64,000 bases of DNA. Source: Haplodiscus bocki (lineage: Eukaryota). Positions 58,766 through 64,000 of this stretch are shown piece by piece. How positions within the stretch are numbered: the first letter of the stretch is position 1; each line of letters begins with the position of its first letter. A program made the position numbers and the translations under genes. The stretch lies in NCBI GenBank assembly GCA_965655095.1, contig OZ296655.1, forward strand, positions 55,800,001 through 55,864,000. Reading direction: 5' to 3'. Under the pieces are notes generated by a model, which did not search any database, was not told the origin of the DNA, and saw only the letters and a program-made list of their open reading frames with translations.

Positions 58766-60940
58766 ATGTCAACAGGATATATCCTTACCAAGAAACGTGT
58801 CGAGAGATAGCCTGTCGGATGTCCTTCTGCGAAGCTTGTTGCTCCAAGCAAATCGTGACGTGAGACAATATCGGATAGAACAGACGAGAAGAAAATACCA
58901 TCTCTCGCCGAAAATCAGCAGAAACCACTTGAACCATGAGAAAGCGGTAATTTATGCGGAAGGTGTTCCTCTCCCCAAAGTTGTCGGAGAAACTATCACT
59001 TGGGCCGAAACATCCCGTCCTCACGAAGTTCGATTATCACAGTTCTACAGCCGATGTTGAAAATTAGGTGAACTCCTTGAATCAGACCGTCACTTTTACC
59101 TCTATTGAGGACTCTAAAAGGTTTGTACCCCGGAGGCTACTCAAGAGGGTAGTTGTAGTTTTTATAGGGTACAGATTGACATCAACGTTGCTGCTCTTCA
59201 ATATTCTCGGAAATGCGAGAAACAGAACCCCCAATCGAGCAATGATGGTTTGTGCCAAGTACCTCATGGACAACAACCTCCTAGAGTACCCTTCGAAAAG
59301 GGAACTATGTTCCTGCGAAGGGTCCCATGAAAAAAAATTGGGCGATATCTTGGTGGCTGGCCCTAACTTCCTAAGAAACAAAATGGCAACACGCAACAAT
59401 GCCAAAGATGCGTTGCTGGGTCAAAACAAAAGAGGAAACACGAAGCTCCTGCAACTCAGAAACAAAAATCAAGTTTCTGAACAGCTATTCAATCAGTCAG
59501 AACGCTCAATTTGAGGTCAGTCTGACGTCCTTATCGCTCAACGAAAGTGCAAAGGAAAGATATTCCCAATAGACCAATCGTTTCCATGCCTGGATCTGCT
59601 TATGATAGCCTTGGAAGCGCTGGCCAAAATAGCAGGAAACTTCCGGGAGCCAGAATAGACTGTGACACTAACAAAGTGGCCGAGATTCTACGATCTATAA
59701 AAAGAATGAAGAAATTTTTGCTTCAATGCATGCCATATCCTTGTTCACCATGGTGCCGTTACGAGAAACCATCAAAAGAACTGTTGCTTTTTTAAGCTGA
59801 AAGAGACTTACTGGAGACGATGAACACAAGCACAGTGATGGAACTATTACTTCTGACCTGTAAAAATATACAAATTTCCATTACGCAAGAATATTTCATA
59901 GTATGGCGGGGTATCCTTGGGTCAAATATTTTTTTGAGTCCATGTGACACTTGCGTGGACGAGAAAACAAGGAGGTTCCCTTTATCAGAGATAAGTTAAA
60001 CGCATTCTACTCACAGTCAAACCGGAAGCAATGGATGATCTTCTTCATTATGCAAACTCGTTCCAGAGCAATTTGAAGTTTATATTTGAATTTGAGTCAA
60101 ATTGCTTTCTGTCTTTTCTCGACATGTGCATTACCTCGAATGAACAGGCTGTTTGGACATCCTGTGTACAAGAAGAAAACAGACACGAACGATACGCTGA
60201 ATTTCTACTCATTGTACTTGAGTCAAATTATTTTTATTTCTTTCATTCATGTTCATTACCAAGAACGGAATGGACGTCTCGTGAATCAAGAAGAAAACAA
60301 GTATGAATGTTACGCTGAATAGCTACTAATTTGCTCTTAACATCTCTAGAAATTTCTTGTGTGGTGAGCCGTTCACAGCCTTTGCCACATCTGCTTCAAC
60401 AGGAGCATATTTTATAACGACCGTCAGAGAGCCAAGATTCTTTTTGAGTGCAACTATTATTCCCTGTTGCTTAAAACCCATTGATACGTGGCAGCAACAA
60501 TCGTATCGTTGAGCCTCCAGTAGAAAGAAAAATAATGACAGAAGGGGATCTATTCTGTTTTTCGTACGATGACGCGGAAGAATGTCTGATTCGTTCAAGC
60601 AAAACCTTAAGTCAATGAGTAGTGGCTCAAGGCCTAATGTAGTTCTCACTATTCAGAAGCTAAGCATTCTTTTTCAGTCTGAAAGCTCTGTTCCAAAGAA
60701 TCTCAATCTCATATGGTATATAAAATCAATTGTCCAGGGTGTTCTGCTGAAAATAATCGCCAAAAACAGAGGCATCTGCAAATGCGTGCAGAGAACACCT
60801 TAGCGTGTCTGCTACAGTTAAAAACAATTCACTGCATGCAATGAAAATCTTTACATAAGAGAGAGAGTGTCAAACAATTCAAGCGATAGCCCCTGGAGGC
60901 TATTCACATCTCAAGACGAAGGCCAGCTTTAAACGTTAGG
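58766..60940 (+). mobile_element. Penelope-like retroelement remnant (RT + GIY-YIG endonuclease)
   Basis: KDIPNRPIVSMPGSAY, SLFTMVP, LSFLDMCI and VYKKKTDT (PLE RT motifs), plus YKINCPGC (GIY-YIG region) at ~60720. Heavily frameshifted. Confidence 0.85.
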
Positions 60941-61756
60941 GAGGAGGAACCGAAAAATGTAATAACATTTTTGACGTTAACATATTTTTCATTACACAAA
61001 AGGGAAGCTGTGCTTCGCAATCGTTGCGCTGACTGAAAACTAGTGAGCAAATCGAACAAGTATAACTGATTTTTGGAGCCTAAGTCACTTAATTCTTATA
61101 AAATTATGCACAAGTGTTACAAGTACGAACTGCTACAGCAGTTAATTCACTTCATATTTAGAACAGCGCGCACACTGGAAATATTGCAATAGAACAAACT
61201 TTTGCAACTTCACAACAGCGCATGAACAAATTTTAACCAGAAAGCGAAAGCGCATGAACAAAATCAAGGCAACGTTAGAATGTACGCACGATTGCGAGCG
61301 GATCAAAAAAAAAGAATCAGAAAACTGTGGTATAACTTTTGCTAGCGCAATTGTAATCAGAATAAAAGTTTTATCAGTTAATAAATAACTAGGTTGCTTT
61401 TATGGATATGTTTTTAACGCATGGAGATGATAGCGTTGCCATTGAAAAATATTGCAAAATTTTATTTCAATCAATTTATGAAATAAATAAATCCCTAAGA
61501 AGCAACACGCTGAAAAATCAGAAAATGACAAAAAGCACTCTAAATGTCTCTTGAAATCGTGTTTCATCCATTTCACTAGTTCCCACGTTAAAGGATCCTA
61601 CGGACTAAAGAAACGCCAAAAATGAGATTTTCACAATTCAAAAAACGAAAACTCAACTATCCGCTCAAACAATTCCCCTGAAAAACACGTTGGAATACCA
61701 CAATGCATGGTAAAGCTGTTGTAAGGATTGTGGCTCATCCATTGAAGTTCTCAAGT

Positions 61757-62060
61757 GATCAGGTAGCCTATGGAGAAAATGATGTCAATGAATTTTTCAA
61801 TTTGATTGAAGATAAAAAAATTAACATTAGATTTTGTGATACTTGCAATAAACTTTTCACGAGAACTGGATAAAAGAAACACCTTAAATAAAATTACCAC
61901 TCACTAAAAACTGGTGAAATATCAGAAAATGAATTATGTCAGAAAAGATATATTGAAAAGAACAATCATGTTCGTAAAGTTAAATGCTGCTATTGTAGTG
62001 TATTCATTAAAATAACAGAATGGGAAAAACATTACAACTAGATTTCACGTAGAAAAGAAT
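61757..62060 (+). pseudogene. Decayed tandem C2H2-type zinc-finger ORF (AT-rich, probably from a mobile element or virus)
   Basis: FCDTCNKLFTRTG*KKHLK*NYH and KCCYCSVFIKITEWEKH in one frame with stops. Confidence 0.5.
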
Positions 62061-62454
62061 CAAATTCATTTCAAATGAAAATTCTTTGAACAAATAATGG
62101 ATACAAAAACAAGCACTAGCGATGCCTGCAACAAATACGTACAAATTCCCATAAGATATTGGCTGAAAATTGTCTGAAAAAAAGTTTTCAAATTAACTTC
62201 AGCATTATCCGAAGTTTAACGCATTCAGCGTGCCTCACAAAGAAGCATATCATTAGAATTGGGGAAGCCACGTGAACCACAGAAGAATTTGATTCAAGTT
62301 TAGACTCCGAGCGAACTTTTCTCATGGATTTTTCGCCGAAATTGCAAAAAATCAGGTTCCCTCGACACTTTTCGGCTGTTCCAAAGACTTTTTGTCGTTG
62401 TAAAAACTAAAAAAAAAGAAACGAAACCGGGCTTTGTGACGCCTACTGAATTTC

Positions 62455-63042
62455 ATGGAGAAGCAGTCGTGAGCTTTTCAGGGTACGCTCGGTCGTAGAT
62501 AGGTGGTCTGGCCAAGGTACTCTTCAGCAAATTTTTTCAATTATTGTTGCCCTCTGCAATAAATTGACTTCGACTCCCATCACCTGGAAAACTGCCTCGA
62601 GTCTGTGACTCCCAATAACCCCCAGCATCTCATCAGTGTTCACGCGATCTTGGGTTTGCGCGAAAAATCTTTTATTCGAGTTTTCTGGCAAACATTATCG
62701 AGAAACACAGCTTTTCCGGATGATTTTTTGTTGCCAGATTCGTATTTCTTTACTTAACACTCTATTTGTCAACTTATGGGACCATGCTCTCTGAGACGGC
62801 ATTTTCCAAGCACTGGCTGGCTTTCGCTGACTTTTGAGATTACCAAATTTTTCTAAGCTAAATTTTGTTTGAAGTTAGGATAGTTACCTTGAACCTCTGC
62901 TGTTTTTTGTTGGTTGTTCTCTGCCTAATCTTTCCGGAATTTGCTACATGCTGTGGCATTGCATAAGCATCTGGTCAGCGATGTAATTATGAGGTTGAAT
63001 ACTTTCGCGAGCCTTGCGCTGAGCAACTTAGTGCCTATGTTT
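62455..63042 (-). repeat. Dispersed repeat, copy 2 (inverted relative to 26777-27366)
   Basis: Same shared blocks as copy 1, on the opposite strand. Confidence 0.85.
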
Positions 63043-63552
63043 ACCTTTACAATATTCAAGGAAGGCACGGAAAGATAACGATGAAAAAAAATAAAGGAAT
63101 TACTATCATATAAAAAACATTATAGTATTTAAAAAACTACACACCTACATAGTGATAAATTTTGTAGAAACTGTCTATCTACTTATTCATCTGATAATTA
63201 ACTTAAAAACCATCAAAAATTTTGTTCAGAGCATGAGTCACGTATTAGGAAATTTCCACAAGAAACTTCTCTCACATTTATTATATAATATTATGAAGCA
63301 CCACCATACATTTTTTCGGAGTTGTAGATTTTCAAGCAATCAATAAAGAAGATGACATAATTAAAAAAATTAACAAAAAACATTCATGAACAAGTACCTG
63401 TTGGTGTGAGTCTTTATAAGATAAGTAAACCAGGCAATCCAACTTACTTTGAGAGCTTTGGTAAAAACTGTGAGAGATTCTGTAGAAAGATTAATATATT
63501 TACAAGAGTTTAGGCACAAATTTTCTGAAAGTTTTATTGGAATTCTTTGTGG

Positions 63553-63651
63553 TATAAGGGCTATCCATACTTTATCTTTTCTATATCTTTCAATTGCTGA
63601 ATCTGAAAAACCCATTTCCTTTGCTATTTGTTTCTGGGTTGATTTTGGATT
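63553..63651 (-). pseudogene. Helix-turn-helix protein fragment
   Basis: NPKSTQKQIAKEMGFSDSAIERYRKD fits an HTH pattern (TQxxIAxxxGxSxxxIxRY); frameshifted downstream. Confidence 0.5.
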
Positions 63652-64000
63652 AAATTTTACCCGTAAATTTCAACATTGAAGTTTGAAAATAAAGGAGTAG
63701 TATTGAATTTGAGTCTAAATTTTCTGGATTACAAGCTGAATCTATGGTAAATTTAGAAGAGACCTGTTATATGAGAAAATGCATTCTTTCCAATAAATTA
63801 AAAACATGGCGTCACTTTCGGAAAAATATAAACATTATGCTACAGAAGGAAATTTTGAGTAAAATTTAAAATAAATCCAAAAGTCATTCATGTAATATCG
63901 TCAAACTTGGTTTATAAAAAACGCATTGAAGAAAACAGAAGAAGTTTAATTTGCAGTCTCTGCAACAAAGTTGTAATTAATGAGCCTATGATACAGTGTC

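Noticed and set aside
60900-61100. Hammerhead ribozyme at the Penelope terminus
   Set aside because: No CTGANGA...GAAA core with supporting stems found by eye.

Overview
Repeat-rich eukaryotic DNA (about 36-38% GC by eye). The transposon mix (env-bearing Ty3/Gypsy, CR1/L2-type LINE, CRE-like, Penelope, Tc1-like) and B-box genes point to an invertebrate animal, but the taxon cannot be fixed from the sequence alone. Most of the window is decayed mobile DNA: a 5'-truncated Gypsy element (1-~10.4 kb, +), solo LTRs, a near-complete LINE (29.4-32.9 kb, -), a 13.6-kb LTR-bounded Gypsy element with an env-like gene (42587-56220, -) and a Penelope remnant (58.8-60.9 kb, +). The one gene that assembles intact is a 5-exon, 278-aa stand-alone dihydropteroate synthase (folP-like, 20319-25976, -). 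Animals normally lack this enzyme, so it is a horizontal-transfer candidate. Its four introns are the most unusual signal. Two need non-canonical GA donors (GA-AG), none has a U1-consensus donor or a polypyrimidine tract, and all four have 9-14 nt complementary arms (some with G-U pairs) that could pair the intron ends. This suggests structure-guided splicing and/or an introner-type origin. A tandem pair of B-box/coiled-coil/beta-propeller-like genes lies at 37.6-42.5 kb: one is broken only by a single in-frame TGA, the other is decayed.
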